Source: Selaginella moellendorffii (taxonomy: Eukaryota; Plantae; Lycopodiophyta). Taken from it: DNA of 64,000 nucleotides. This document shows, piece by piece, positions 23,580 through 38,111 of the stretch. Location of the stretch: contig NW_003314277.1 of assembly GCF_000143415.4 (NCBI RefSeq), positions 741,878 to 805,877 of the forward strand, in the 5' to 3' direction. The stretch's first letter is position 1. Each line of letters starts with the position of its first letter. The notes under the pieces were generated by a model. It was not told where the DNA came from. It did not search any database and was given only the letters and a program-made list of their open reading frames with translations. The translations under genes were made by a program, and so were the position numbers.

Positions 23580-24150
23580 TGGCCTGGGAACTTGGTCTCT
23601 CTGAGAAACTGCAGCAATGCAAGTTCCTGGCTCGTGATTCGCAAGAGCAAAGCTCTGGGCGGAGTCCAATCCAAACACCAAGCTTGCACTCACCACCGAG
23701 TTGAACGATCCATCTGATCCTTGCGAGTGGAGGCTCCGATTTTGCTCTTGGGTCCCTGGAGGTGAAAGGTGGCGGCGTCCAGTGATCGGTGAAGCGGCTG
23801 CGCTAGTGGAAGGTGTACTCAAGCGAATGAATCTCGCGGACTCGCATGCTTGCCGGACTATTGCTTCGTGGAGTGCTACTCGTCGAGTGGGAAGGCTTTC
23901 AGCTCGCGGACATGATTCTGCGGGTGACCACGACGAGAAGTTGCTGGTCCGAGATCGACCAAGTTGTTCGAGAGCTGGATGATTTGCATGACAAGCGGAA
24001 GCTGCCGCACCTCGAGCAGTACAAGCTCGTTACGTCGTTCCCGAGTCAATGCTTGAGGGATTCACGTACCAGTTCTTTGAGGAAGACGATGGAGCTGTGT
24101 CTGAGCGACGAGTTGCAGGGATGAATACCGGTTCCATCGTAGTTCGTCTT
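23580..24150 (+). pseudogene. Decayed CR gene relic (NTPase piece plus nuclease domain)
   Basis: gcctgggaacttggtctctctgagaaactgcagcaatgcaa matches the LGAWSLEELQQC codons; LDDLHDKRKL..EQYKL downstream. Confidence 0.8.
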
Positions 24151-24605
24151 GAGTTTCAGCATGAATGAGTGAAAATCCAAATGAAAACTATGAACTTTAC
24201 CTTGCAAATAATGAATTGTGTTCTTCTCGTACAAGAATCCAACAATGGGATAGAAGTAATCAAGAATCCAACAATGAAAAAGAAGTTTTAGCATGTCTTC
24301 AGAGCTGTAGCAAAAATGATAGAAGTAATCAACAATCCAACAATGAGAAGGAAGTTTCAGCATGTCCCACACGTATGATTTAGGAGCTCTGCTTTGTAAT
24401 ATTCTCGTCCTGCCAAGCACAAGAATCCAACAATGAGAAAGAAGTAATTAAACCAACCATAAGCATAATGCCGCCTTTAATACTCTAATTTTTAAATTTT
24501 GATATAGAGACGATCTGTGGTTAATCTAAAGCAAACAATCTTAACGTAAACAAAGGTATATTCGTTCTTTTAATGGAGGAAGCTTAAGCCCTATTTCTTT
24601 CAAGC

Positions 24606-26097
24606 TTGCGAGCGACGGCGATGGGGGCTGATACTCCTCTCCCTCTCGGCCGCGGCTTTCCCCGAGTTCATTCAGCACACCGATCCGGAGACGATGTGGT
24701 TGTCAAGCTGGGACGATTTGAGCAGTGTGTGGATGCCGCAAGTGCTTCTCTCTCCGTGGATCCCTGCCATCTCAAGAGTATATACTGGAAAGCTTTGGCG
24801 TTGCTCAAGTTCCATCTCTACAGCTGGTCATGCCAAGCTTTTGGGCGACGTTTTTAGGGTGGACGAGGCAATTGATCGATTTCACCAAAAATGCAACAAG
24901 CTTACCATCCAGAGCTACAACAGCAACAGTATCATGGCAGAGATTTGTGACTTTCTCCGGGCCTGGAGTGAAGGAGAGGAACTTCCATTTTTACCAGAGG
25001 TTGCAGACAACTTTTGCAAAGTGGAAGTAAGAAAATGCGAAGATCAGAGCAAGGGACGAGGCTTGGGACTCTTTACAACGACAAGCATCAAGAAGGCGAG
25101 TTCGTTCTTGTCAGCAACTCGGCAGCCTTTGAGCGAGGTGGTTACAGATCCATTTGCGATAGAAACACTGCAGTCCAGCTGCTCGACATGGCCATGAAGT
25201 CTCCGCGAGCATACAAGCTGATCCACAGCCTTGCAGGACCAGCGTGAAGTTCCCGCAATGGAGATCTTTCAGCTAAACTGGGCCACGCCGGAGAACTGGT
25301 CGATTGTCAGCACTGACAGTAGCAGGGAAGGTCTCCAAGGGATTACGGTGGAGAGAATTTTCGAAATCGTCAGCAAAGCTTCCTTCAACCCTAAGGTGCA
25401 GCTGCCTAGCCAGAACGAGTCGACGAACGAGCACGCTTCGCTACTTGGTTCGTCCCCGGTTTCATCAACCACTGCTGTGTTGGGAACGTTTCCCAGAGGA
25501 TGTTTGGCACCACTTTGCCACCCGAGACATCCAGGCCGGGGAGGAACTCGGGTTCTGCTACATCATCGGCGGCCATCCTTACAGCTCTCCTTCGAGTGTG
25601 CTTGCAAGAAGTGCGAGCTGGAGCGGCGGCTGGACGAGGATCTCGCGCAGGTGACGGGCTTCTACAGGGACTTGGCCGAGGCAAACCTTGAGTTTCGGTT
25701 CAAGGGAGGGATCAGTCCGGCCCGGATGGTGGTGAAGCTGGAGCAAGTGTTGGCGACAAAGCTCCAGGATGAGGAGGAGAGGCAGTGCGTGAGAGCGATC
25801 CACTGGTCGCTCTACCTGTGTTACTACCAGCAGGTGGAGGTTGGAAACGTGGTGGCGCTGCCGGAGGGGATTGCTCCAGCGATTATGGAGGCGATGCACA
25901 AGCTCACGGCTGGCAGCAATGGCAACGAGAGTTACGTGGAGACGATGGCAGACTACGCACGGGACAAGGAAGCGGCAAAGAGGGTGATGAAGATGGAGTG
26001 GGAGGTGAGGTTTGGGAAGCAGGAAGACGCTTGCGTTGCCAAGGCCATCCACGAGAGAGGTATGGACTCGTTGCTCAAGTCCAGGGCCTCTGAGTGA
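24606..26097 (+). pseudogene. TPR + SET-domain (SMYD-like methyltransferase) pseudogene
   Basis: TPR-like KLGRFEQCVDAASASLSVDPCHLKSIYWKALAL; SET motifs KGRGLGLFTT, FINHCC, FATRDIQAGEEL..CY; post-SET FECACKKC; several frameshifts. Confidence 0.8.
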
Positions 26098-26748
26098 GCT
26101 TGTTTTTCTGGAGTGTTTTTGTCCTATTTCTTCTTTTTCTACTACTACTCACTACTTCTCTTTCTTCTCTTCTGCTGTCCTACTACTACCTTAACCACTC
26201 GGCCAAAGCGACACTTCCATGAAACCGCTCTTTTCACAAAGTAATCCACGAAAGAAGGGATTGGTGAGCGAGCGCCATGATTTATTACACCGAGCAATCT
26301 AGTCAAGTATGCTTGAATTATACTGTTATACTACTGATTTCTAGAATTATATTTCATCAAACTAATCTAACAGCATTCAAATTAGACACTTCGAAGAAAT
26401 ACGCCCATAATACAACAAGAAAAAAGCTTGTGTTATAACAAAAGAATGAAGAGAAAATAGAAAATTAAATTTTGAAGCAATCTATTTCATGTCAATTATA
26501 CCTTACGAATGTATGCTCACATTATTTCCGCACTATATAATTTAACCTTTGCCCTTCATACTTATCGCATAATAAAACCCTAATTTGTCATACTTGGTTT
26601 TTTAATTAACATATTTCTTACATAAAAGAAGTTAAAGAATGCACGGAAAAGCTGGCTGGCCCCTGGGACAGCTAGACTAGAAAATCAAAGCGGAAACACG
26701 AAGCGAGCTATGCTTTTTTGTCTGTCAGAAAAATTAACATATGTTAGC

Positions 26749-28755
26749 TCAAAACAGAAGTAATGAAGATTTACCTGGAGAATCCCCTTGTTGCTGAACA
26801 TCTTTCTCATCATGTTGCTGACGTATTTTCTCTAATTTGAAGTAGATGAGGATGGCTAGTGCAACCACTGCTAATCCAATAAACACAGTGAACTCTTGGA
26901 AGACTATCCAGTTTGGAGTAACTTCAACTGTGGATGTCGTTGTCACTAGGAATGCTGTGTCATTATTGAGCTGGAATATTGTCTCAGCAGTGGCAAGGGA
27001 AGGTTCCTTCTCGAGGTCATTTATGCTGAAGTAGAGACCTGGCAAGCTTCCTGCCACTGAACCAGCAATGAACACTGTCCGCCCCAAAGTTCTGATTAGT
27101 GGACGGTAGGCTGGCTTACCGGCCAACTTAAGTTGATGGAGTTGGCGAAACAATGAATCTTCCCACTCTAAGAGTGTCCTGCTCAAGGAGCCAGCACAAA
27201 TTCCCAGGAATGCAATGACAAATGTCATAAAAGACGCATAAACTTGTGTTCGACGAGAAGATCCATCTTTCCAATACCGCTCTCCAAAACGATGAAGGTT
27301 GCTCACTTTCAACAAGTCATTGAGAACTTCTTGGACTTTGTTGTTGTCGTCTAGAAACAATTTTTTGAAACACGGTGGTGAATCCACCTTAACCAAGAAA
27401 ATAAAACATCAGCCTTCAGAAAAAAAAAGTCATAGTATCGAACTCACCTTGAATTCTTCATTCCCGCAGGTGATGTCCCTTCCTTGTTTCTTCTTCAACA
27501 GAAAATCTTTGATGACAGTGCTACCCACCTTGTCATCTTCCATACCAGAAGACTTGCCGGTGACATCCACAACTTGGCAACCCGTCACGTTTTTTGTACA
27601 AGCATTCATTAGAATTGTGGCATTTGGCTTTTGGTCTCCTTCTAACGTTGTCTCAATGCATGTTGTCATCTGCTCCATCCTACTCAGCACACCTTCTGTG
27701 AGGTTGGCAAGGCTGGCGCCACTGGGAAGAGAGTCATTAAATTGAATTTTGAATGTCACCGGGAGGTTAAATTTGATGCTGTAAGATCCAAGAAAGATGG
27801 TATGTTCATCTTGGATAACATCCCAGTCCCAAAATGATCGAGATGTCTCACACTGAGAAGTGTTGAAGGTGAAGGAAACATTTTGGCCTTGCGTCAAGTT
27901 GTATCCAATTATGCAAACTTGGTGACGGCAGGCACACTGTAAGAATGGATAAGACAAGTAAGAAATAACATCCGTCATGTAATTGATGGGAACAGATGGG
28001 CTGCATTCTCTAATATCATTGCTGTAGTAAGACCATGTCGAGTCGTTATAGGGAATTTTTTCCTGGCTAATCCCCGTGGATATGTTGGACCTCGCACTGC
28101 TAGCAAAGTTGCTGAAATAAAATCCAGTCTTGGTGAAAACTGGATGCGTGAGGTTGGAAGATGGCATTGCGAAAGGTACTTTACTGAGAAGTAAGCCAAG
28201 ATCCGGCTTACCGCTGGTTTTGTTCACTGCGACTATAGGTGCAGTGACCTTGCAGCGTTTGACAGCAGACAGATGTCCTGGATTGATGCACAGCCGTAAA
28301 CTTATCCCCCAGTGAATCGCCATTTTCCAGATCAGATTAGTACCATGCTGGCAAATGACTCCTCCATACACGTGTGGATCAGGCGAGTTGAAAAGATCAG
28401 CTTCTACAGTTTTGTTGTTGCTTCTCCAAACCCGCCATGCACTGAGCTTTTGATAAGCAGCAGCAACCTCCGTCATGCTAATACCGGTAGAATTTTTAGC
28501 TCCATCCAACACGAGTGCCGATGCAATGGAGGTGCTTGTGGCCCATTTGTAGAAGGGGTCGTTTGTTGTCGCAAACACGTTGGTTTCCCAACAACATGTA
28601 CCTGTCTGTCTGATGAGATCAGAATAGAACTCACCTTCTGGCTTCTTTTTGTTCACACATAACGAGAAGACTACAGCTGTTGCAATTACAATGGCAAATA
28701 TGAATACTGCAATGGCAACAATGCTCGACGTCTTCCATGGCTTCCTTTCCGCCAT
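26749..28755 (-). CDS. Unknown multipass membrane glycoprotein, copy 2 (~648 aa; exons 28755-27448 and 27387-26749)
   Basis: Paralog of 7646-9667; open frame kept and all indels in frame. Confidence 0.75.
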
Positions 28756-29756
28756 AAGTTCGCTAAACGAAAAAACAAAAAATGAAAGCTGTATCCTTCA
28801 AGGCTGTTAACAAGTCGAACGTATTGGCAAATTAAAGGAACATGGTAGTGGAGAATCTATTCAGTGCAACATGTCTTTCATCCTTACAATCATTTTGACC
28901 AACCGTGGCAGCAATAATGCAAATGATTCTTTCCACTGCCAGTGCCATCAGTTTTGGGTAATTTGAAAAGACAGTAATGCCTATGTGATTTGGAGGGACA
29001 ACTTTTCCTCGATCTTGGATTAATGCATTTCTCCGGTACCTCCCAGAGGTGTCTGGCTTCGTCCCCATAAGTTCGCTCAAATAAAACATGGGCTCAGAAT
29101 CAGGACTTGATTTCTTGTTAATACGGTAAATGAAGAGTGCTCGCGTGTCGAGGCGCTGGGAGCGGAAGATTGGGGCTTGACAATGGAGGAATTGGATCGC
29201 TTGGAGCATAACGCTGCTCAGCAAGTTGCGGCCAGGCGCAGCGCGGCTGCATTTGGTTTGCCACACGCCCAGAGCTGCTGGCCAGAAGCATGGATGGAAG
29301 AGCACCTCCACATCATGTTCCATCGCCAAAGAGAAGCTATTTCTCAAGGTGTCCAAGCAGCCCGATGAGAAAATCGGGTTATGATGAGGTGAGTGTTGTT
29401 TTTCTCTTTTTTTTTCCAGGCTTACAACATTGCTGTTATTCTGTTATACAGAGCTTGGTCGCGGCTTACAAAACTGTGGTTGGTCAAGAATGGGTGACAA
29501 ACTTGCGGTTGTTTTGTTTTTTTTCCCGCTGAATGTATTTTTCGCAGTTTATGGACTTATCCAGAGCATCGACTGCCCGAAACTGACAAGAATTCCAGGT
29601 GTTGAAATTGATGTTAGCTTTCGTTTGTGTTTACGACCGTTTTTGTGTGTTAGGCAGATACAACTAGTTTACAAAGGAGCAATATATGTTGACTTTGAGG
29701 CATATATGTTGGATAGAAAGACGTAATTACATCCTTCTAAGTTGAATATGATACAG

Positions 29757-29858
29757 GTCGAGATTGTCATGGCACTGGAAGAGAAGTTCAAGATCCAAGT
29801 GGAGCAGGAGGGTGCTGAGACAGTCAAGGACGCAGCTGATGTGATCCATTATCCATAA
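29757..29858 (+). pseudogene. Isolated acyl carrier protein exon (inverted relative to unit 1)
   Basis: tacag|VEIVMALEEKFKIQVEQEGAETVKDAADVIH. Confidence 0.75.
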
Positions 29859-30633
29859 GCTCATTTGTGAATAAAAATGTAAATTGTAATAGATACCAGT
29901 GTGGATCTGCAAATTGAGGTTCACATCCCATCAAAATAATGAGCTCAGCAAGCCACCTGCTCCAAATGAGCTGCAGGGGGGAGAGATGCTTTATCTTCTT
30001 CCCCCATTTCTTACCGAGAGCATTCGTATGAACGCAAAATATATCCAGAATATATCACCAAGTTCACACAACATTCATCACATTCATCGTCGCTATCATC
30101 GTCGTATATGAGCTCCTTCAACTCGCAGCCCTGTGCTTCCAGAATTGGAGCAGCACGAAGCGAGACAGCTTAGCACCGATTCAACAGCCACCCATGGCTG
30201 CGGCAAGTCGGCCTGTAAGCTCTTCCGGAAATCCCTATCTCGAACACCAACAGTCCCGTTTGCGATTGTTCTCAAAGTCCTTCCTACCCAAAAAAAACAA
30301 AACGTTGTTAGAGAATAAACAAAGAAAAAAAAAAAGGGAACAGACTAGACTAAACCAAAGAACTCTCTGAATAGAGAGAAAAAAGAAGAGAAAAGAAACT
30401 TGAGATCGAGACGCAGGATTGAAGATGGCAGTAAGTTTCGAAAGGAAAGATGATGCTATCAGACAGTGCTAGAATCGTGCAAAAGACTGTCACTCACTAG
30501 ACTAAGCCGGAACGAAAGACGCAACGAACGGCACGCGCTCGCTTGGTGTTTGGATCGGACTCGACAGGAACTTCGTGAGCTTCTCAGCCTGTACTCGAAA
30601 GGTGGCAGCGGCGTTCTGCACTTGAGCGTGATG

Positions 30634-30937
30634 ATACCCGCAATGGGTACTCCACGCCGACTCTGGAGCTCGACCAACCGGACGCTCTCGACCAGGCTCG
30701 AGAGCTCCACACAAGATTTTTCATTGGAGCTGCTGCAGCTGGAGAAGCTACTGCTCTCGTCAACATGTATGGGAGATGTGGGGAGCGTGAGCGATGCCAA
30801 GATCGTCTTGATGAGATGGAGCACAGGAAAATCACCCACTCGTTGAACCAGCAGTGCCTGGAAGCTCTTCGTTTCTTTCGCACCATGCTACTCGAAGGCG
30901 TCAGGCCCGATAGCTTTACGTTCCTCAAATCGCTGGA
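30634..30937 (+). pseudogene. Older decayed PPR-B fragment
   Basis: Matches ~44784-45190 with deletions. Confidence 0.8.
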
Positions 30938-30993
30938 GAAGAAGTTGGCTATCAGTCGAGAAGAAGAGAAAGAAAGAAAAAACCAATGGAAAA

Positions 30994-31203
30994 TTTACAT
31001 CGGCTCCAGTGCGATGAGGAGCGTCGAAAATTGAAGTAGTGGAGTAGGCCGGACCGATAAACACTGCTTCATTGGCTCGATGGACGTGTAATACCGCCAC
31101 CATTTTTAATCCCAGGCTATGCGCAGTCTTGATGATCCGGCACGCAATCTCGCCCCTGTTCGCGATGAGGATCAGATTTCTCCGCGGGAGGCGCTTGAGA
31201 GAA
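30994..31203 (-). pseudogene. MCCA: Decayed MCCA exon-1 relic
   Basis: [17 protein letters not shown] / EAVFIGP codons. Confidence 0.75.
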
Positions 31204-31739
31204 AGGATACCTTGCCTGTTGGATACTTATCTTGCTATCTGAATTAAGTTCCTCGCCGAGTAGTAAAAACATTCCCATTCGGCTCAACACTCAGCTGTTC
31301 ATATCAGTCACAGAAAAATCTTTTTGCAATGTAGGTTGGGATGACTAAGGTTCGAATGATATAATGCCTCCCCTCCTTGTTGCTTTGGCCAAGAAAAACT
31401 CGCCATGAACCACCAAACTTTTGTGAAGGTTTGGTAGTCTCACTCTTTGCAGTTGGAAATGCCGAAGAGCTTACATTTCTCACTAATAAAAACGAACAAA
31501 ATAAAAAAATTTCATATGAATGCGTGAACAACAAAATAGCAACAAATAACAAGATGTATAGTAAGGTGATTTTTTTCCCTCTATGTAAAGCTGCTAGAAA
31601 AATAAAAACAAACAAACAAGAAATGGAGTAATCCATAAAAAACTGAAAGCCCATGTTTTGTCTAACAGCAAACAAAAAACACTTGGCTCACAATCAATAA
31701 CTTTTTGGAGTTAAATATAGTATTTTGATAGGATATTTG

Positions 31740-32581
31740 TTTAGATTTATTGACACAATGTGATTACCCATATGTGAAAAAAGCAGTGGTGATGAACATA
31801 TTTAGAATATGTTTGGATATTTTACCATCTAACAGTTGTTATTTATTTGGATTAATCTTTTAAACATGTTTAGAATGCATAAACTTTCCTCAACACTTCC
31901 TAGTATATTTAGCTTGGTCAAACTTTGGGTGGTCAACTCCACACTCCTTATTAGACTTTTAGTTCATATATAGATTGTTAGCCTTTATTTTATATCCATT
32001 ATGTTAGATTTGGACTTGAGCTCCATTTTAAACTCGAGTTCTGGCTCAAACATGGACACATGGGGTGAAAGCCCAAAATACTTGTTTCATTGAGGTGTGA
32101 GAGGTTGTGAAGGATAATGGGGGATGGGAGTGTAAGGTAATCATTCTATCATTTAAAAGTTGATATAAAATGGTTCATTGCTAATAGTAGATCATGGAAA
32201 AGGTCCCATAAGATCAAATGCCACAAACACAAACGGATGGGAAATTACAATTTACTTCAACTGTCCTTTCGTAGTACGAGGGAGAGTTTTACGAGCTTGA
32301 CACCAAACATAGCTATGCACATATTAGATAATATCATATCGCATTTCTGGCCAATAGAAATACTTGTGCAGCTTCTTGGTCACACGACAATGTCCCATAT
32401 GCCTATCTAGAGTAGGAGAATTATGGTAAACATGAAGAAACTGTAGAATAAATATTGAAGGCATCACTAGCCATAAATGATCATTAGGATTTGTTCTTAC
32501 AAAATAAAGAGGGCCGTCTTCAAAGCGATATTGACAATGTAAATGCCGGAATGGCAAGTCATTAGCAAGTGATGCAAGATT
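31740..32581 (-). mobile_element. Ty3/Gypsy pol (integrase) relic interrupted by the LTR element; probably continues at ~40010-40200
   Basis: YHNSPTLDRHMGHCRVTKKLHKYFYWPEMRYDI..C (H2C2 zinc finger) and HPFVFVAFDLMGPFP (integrase core start), with stops. Confidence 0.75.
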
Positions 32582-33081
32582 TGTGAGACACAAAATCCCT
32601 AGGCCCCAAAGTGGAGCCGGAAAGGGTGCCACGTGGTAGTGGCTAAAGCGAGAGCCAAACGAGCGTAACACGTTTGGACCAAAAGCTCCGACTTGAAAAG
32701 TCAAGAGCGGGAGTGGAACTCCCAACGAAGTGCTCGAGGAACGAGCACGAAGCGAGCAAAAAGCGAGGCTCCAAAAAGGGACCCAAAAGGACCAACACAT
32801 GACACGTGGAAGTGTCCGAGATGGACTCGAGTTGGAGTCCGAAGTGGAGTCCGAGATGGATTCGAGTTGGAGTCCGAAGTGGAGTCCGAGATGGACCCAA
32901 GATGGAGTCCGAGATGGAGTCCGAGATGGAGTCCGAGGTGGACCCGAGATGGACCCGAAATGGAGTCCGAGATGGAGTCCGAGATGGACCCGAGATGGAG
33001 TCCGAGATGGACCCGAAATGGAGTCCGAGATGGACCCGAGATGGAGTCCCAGACGGAGTCCGAAGTCGAGACCGAGACCGG

Positions 33082-33113
<32 letters not shown>

Positions 33114-34223
33114 TCGGGACCGAGACCGAGACCGAGGCCGAGGCCGAGACCGAGGCCGAGCCCGAGCCCGAGTCCGAGTCCGAGTCCGAGTCCGAGTCCG
33201 AGTCCGAGTCCGAGTCCGAAGCCTGAGAGGGTGAAAGCCCAAAGCGTTCGTCTCCCAGACCCTGGGGGGTTTGGTGAGCTCCAAAAGTATAGTAGGGGGG
33301 AGGACTGCAGTGGAGCCAGTTTGGCCAGGAAAGGCCAGTTTGGCCCAGGAAGGCCGGACCCAGTGTTGGGTGATGAGATGCCCACTGTGAAGTCCAAGAC
33401 TGGAGTGAACACGGACCGACAAGCGGGGTAGCTTGGTGAAGTGTTCAAGAGCTGGCTCTAGTTCCCCCGGGAGATCGACTGGCCGATGCTCCCAGTCCAA
33501 GTGTGGGTGGCACTAGCTACTTGGATACCTGTCGTGGCTCAATGGAACCTCGCTCTAAGCCCATGGCTAGAGCACCTAAAGGCGGAAGGCGGGGAGAGTA
33601 CCCAGGTGGCTCGCGTAAGGCCACGGTGTTCCGAAATGTTGTCCCAAAGGCCCAAACTGTAGAAAGGAAGAGGAGTAGTCCTCTGGGGTAGTGACCAGGG
33701 ACACAGTTGTGTGGTGAGGAAGTCCCAGAGGACTGTGGGACTTAGTGGTCGGGCCTGTGGGTCTCGATCCAGTGGCAGTGTGGGCAAGCACGGCCAGGGG
33801 CAGAAAGGGACTTAGTGGGGACTGACAAAGGGATATTGGGGAAGGCTATTCCCCTTGTCGGTGGGCATCCTAAGGATGCTAAGGAGTGGATCTGAGATGA
33901 CCACTCACGGATGGTTTGCCTAGTCTTGGAGAGCCAAGACTGTGATGCAAGTGGTATTGGACTACCAGTGTGGCAAAGGTGATTGGGCATGGCCTTAGCG
34001 TAACGGGTTGCTATGTCGGTGGTACCTTTGAGTGTCGGTCATGGGATCGGACACGTGGAGCACTTGGACCAAGTGCAAATGTTGAGTGGCATGGATGCCA
34101 TTCTCAGGGCTAGCAAGTCCCAAGTCCTGGATTGGACTTATGGAGGTTGTGAATGAGACTCCTCCAAGTGGTCGGAGGTGGGGTTAAGTGACTAAAGTAG
34201 AATGGAAAATTTAGTCGCTTACA
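32582..34223 (+). repeat. 5' LTR with internal 12-mer (ggagtccgagat) and 6-mer (ccgagN) arrays at ~32810-33220
   Basis: Direct repeat of 38347-40004. Confidence 0.95.
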
Positions 34224-37200
34224 ACTTGGTATCGGAGCTGTTCCTTAGTCCGACTTTTATTGGTGCTCAAGTATATCACCACTAGTGTTGGCATCGGAAG
34301 GTCCGAGGAGTGGGCCTATCCTTGAGGAGTAGCAAGTCGGCAAGACATGGCTCTCCATTACAGTTCATGTGTGAACTTGTAGACGAGGTGGTGGATAGAA
34401 AAGGGCCAATAATGGAACGACTTTGGGATCTTGGGAACAGTGCAAGGTTTTCCTCATTGAGTTGAGGAGGTGATCCAGATGAGCGTTTGACTCAGCAAAC
34501 GGGTTAATGTAGTTGGGGTAAACAACTATAGTTGGGATCACGGGGAAGATAGAGACTCCAAAAACAATAAAGGAGTCACAAGTTTATCCTCACATGGTTG
34601 AGGCTGGTGCTCATGAAGGTGAAACCGGAATGGATGACCGTGAGAGGTCAAGTATGGATGAGGACACGAGTCCTCGAAATGGTAGTCGGGGCTACCTCTA
34701 ATAAATGCTGGAACAACCCAAGGAGTTGGGGGTGTATTAAGTGGATGAGTTGGTATTCTCATCACATGGACAAGTAGTCCTAAGGGGCAAAGGTTGCCCC
34801 CAGAGAACAAAATCAAGTGTCGGAGTAACACTTATGAAAATAGTCCTTTTGAGTAGGACAGGAATGCAAGAAGTGTATTCCAGTGAGCTAGTGCCTCACA
34901 AGTAGGACCTTACGGGTCTGTGGATTAACCAAGTCCAAAACTGCTAGATGACTCAAGTAGAGTCAAGGGATGGTCCTAAAAGGACTGATGGAAGCATTTG
35001 GACTGAGGTGTGTTGTACCCCACAAAGGATGGGGGGGGGGGGGGATCATAGGATCCAAGAATGAGAACAGAGGGTATCTCATCGATGGCAAAATGTGCCA
35101 TGCTAAAGTCGTGGGAAAGGTGTTCCCAAAAAGAAAACAACTTTGACACAAAGTTGTGTGTGACCTCCATGGTGTAGTGCTAACGGATGGTTGGCATGAG
35201 AAAGAGTGGCATTGGTCTTGGCAAAGACTTAGACACAAAGAAGAAGTGTCATAAAGGTAGGCTCGTGGAGCCGATGGTGTGGAGACACCAAATGTGTCAA
35301 GGTGTGATACCTTGAGGCTATGTTGGTGGGTTCATGAGAACCCTTTGCCAAAGGAATCCCAACGGAAATGGGAATGGCATAGCCTAAGCTGCAAAGCATG
35401 CAGTTGGAGTGCGGTGACCCAGATAATGATGGAGGTGTGAAAGCACCAAGCAATGAGTTGTAGGACTTGACAACTATGAGGCAACTAAGCAAGAGGTGCA
35501 AAATAACTAGTTAAACGGGTAGAAGGTAGCTACCCAAGACTTCTAGCATAGGGAAGTAAGATATACCCTTGCGGGGGATAAGTTGCTTATGTTGCGATAT
35601 AGTAAGTCAATGTCATAAAAGGAAATACTCATTATCAAGAAAGCCATCATTGGGACACCCGAACACTCTAGAACACCAGAAGGTGGTGTTTGATGTCGCG
35701 AGGGCAATGGATAAAGCCCAAGGGACTAAGTCCCTGGCGAATGATGGATAGAAGGTGCTATCCAAATGTCTAAGGTTGCGGAGACAGGAGAGGACTGTCT
35801 ACCCAAGTTGGACAAAACCAAAAATGGAATTTTGGCAAGGCTAGTGATGGGCATGTAAAGGCCCATAAGCAACAATGTAATCCCAGTGTGTGGGATTATA
35901 AGGTGAGTATACCCGGATTGAGGAACCACTCCCTGGGCTATTGGGTAGGTTCATCCTTAAGAATACTTGCTAAGGCATGATAGAAAGTGCAAAGCTATCC
36001 TCCTGATCTGGAGGAGAATGACCGAAGAAAAGGTGTGAAGCCAATTGGGATGGAATTGAACCATAGAAATCGAAGGGCATAACCAAGGTTGGTTATGCCA
36101 GCTGGGAGTGGAGAATCAAGTGGGGGCTCGAGGGTGTTGCCGCTAGCAACCGTGATGCCATGAAGAGTCTAAGTTATGGAATTGTCCATGTTAGACTATG
36201 TGGTATTTGGAAGGCTTGCAAAAGGGAGGCCTTAGCAGGCTGAGGGACAGAGTTCCTTCAAGGTTCCCAAAGACGATTCTAGGTAGCTTAGTACCTAGAA
36301 AGGCCAAGTGTAAATGGTTCATGGAACGCGTGAAATCAGAGTGGCGCAGCAGAAGCGTGGTCTTGAAGCTTGCCATGAGGCAAGGCTATCAAGGTTAGGG
36401 AAGTAGTTCCCGAGTGTTCAAAGAGAGGGCTTTGAACGAAAGTCGATGGTCAAGGACTTTCACGCTTATGCAGGAACCATGTTACAGTGGTCGGAGAACT
36501 TGCCAAGCGAGATTGGCACGTCGGGGGAACAAATACCTTAGTTGAAGGTGATAACTTCAAAAAGGGTGGGCCATGGGGCCGAGCATGGAGGAGTCCATGC
36601 ATGATCACAGACATGTCAAGTGAGAGGACTTGGCAGTGTGGAGGAATTAGGTTCCTAAACTGTGATCTGTAGCGCGCTTTAAAAATAGGTTGGTGCACCG
36701 GCGTGGGGAGTCACGCCAGGCATCTTGTGTGATGCCATCCGTAGATGCATATACGGAGGTTGGGTTCGAGTCCCGACCCTCTAGTGCTTGGGTTCGAGTC
36801 CCAAATCACTAGGGCGTGGTGATGGTTTGGAATATGAGGACACTCATATTTCGGTGGTCATGGACTCTCAGTGGGGAGACTGGTTTGGGCACACTGCCAA
36901 GCGAGGGATGCCTCGGAGTCGTGATGCACGGTTAAATTGTTTAGAGTGAAAGCTCGGCATATCTAACTTGAACGCTTTGGTGCAGGTGGCACCAAGGTCG
37001 TGGTGAGTGAGATGGGGACACCTAATCTCAGTTGTTATGAACCCTTGGCCGTAAGGGCTAGCTTGGGTGCACCGCCAAGTGTGGGGGATGCCCCCAGGGT
37101 TATAGTCAACAACTTGGAGGTCTAGAAGACCAAGTACCTCTTGGCAACTCTGTTAAGGTGCCAAGGTGAGATCACTAGGTGATCTTATGGCCAGATAAGG

Positions 37201-38111
37201 ACAAGGTCCTTGGTTGGCTAAGGAATGAAGTTCCTGGTTCAAAATGTTGAAATTGAACTGTTTAAGGTGGTGTGGCTTGGTCGTGATGACCAAGTGGGAA
37301 GAGCACCTAAGGGAAATAAACTATGTCCGTCCGATGGCATAATGAGTCCGAGGAAAGTAGTCTCTATAAAAGACCCATGGGAGGGTCATGAAGTTGGGCC
37401 ATGGATAGAGCCCATAGCAGAAGATGCTAAAGAGACATACCAGGGGCGAACATCCTCTGGACTAGGCAAAGAAGAGTCTTTGCTATGGAACCGAAAGGAT
37501 ACCTCAAAAATGGAGGTAGCGATCTGATGTTGCTGGGTGCAACAATCAAGGATAGGAGCAAAAGACTAGTGGCCAAGTTTGGGCCATGGAATTTAATGGA
37601 AGGGATCCAAATGGCAAAGTTAGCCAAGGAACACTAATGTGTTCGGTGCTAACAGCTTGTGGGAAAGGAAGTGGACTTCCAAGGATGGATTCCTAAGTGC
37701 TCCAATTTGGCGAAGTAAAAGCTCCAAGTGAGGGAGCGGTAAGGTAGCCAAATGATAGGGCCATGGACAGCCCTAACACAAAGTATGATAATTGGAACTT
37801 AGTGCCCAAGGTGGCACGAAATAGAAGAAAGGATGATGGTGCCCTCAAGTAATGAACTTCCTAGGATGGGGAAGTGGAGTTGCACAATCTGTGCAATGCA
37901 AGGTGTTGGAGACACCTAGGAAATTGACTTCCAAAAGTCAAAAGAGTAAAAGTTCCAAGGTGCAAACGTTCAATATATGGAAATTGAGACTACTTGAGAA
38001 GGAGTAGTGGGATTGACTTAGAGAAGGGTCTCTAAGAGGCTTAGCAAGAACCACTACATGTGGTCCAATCAGTCTCTAAGTTGGGGAGACTACCCTCCTT
38101 AGGGGATAGGC

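Noticed and set aside
32324-33500. Long ORFs with RD, RP, SP, LG, ES dipeptide runs (also 38408-39281)
   Set aside because: By-products of stop-free hexamer and 12-mer arrays in the LTRs; open in most frames
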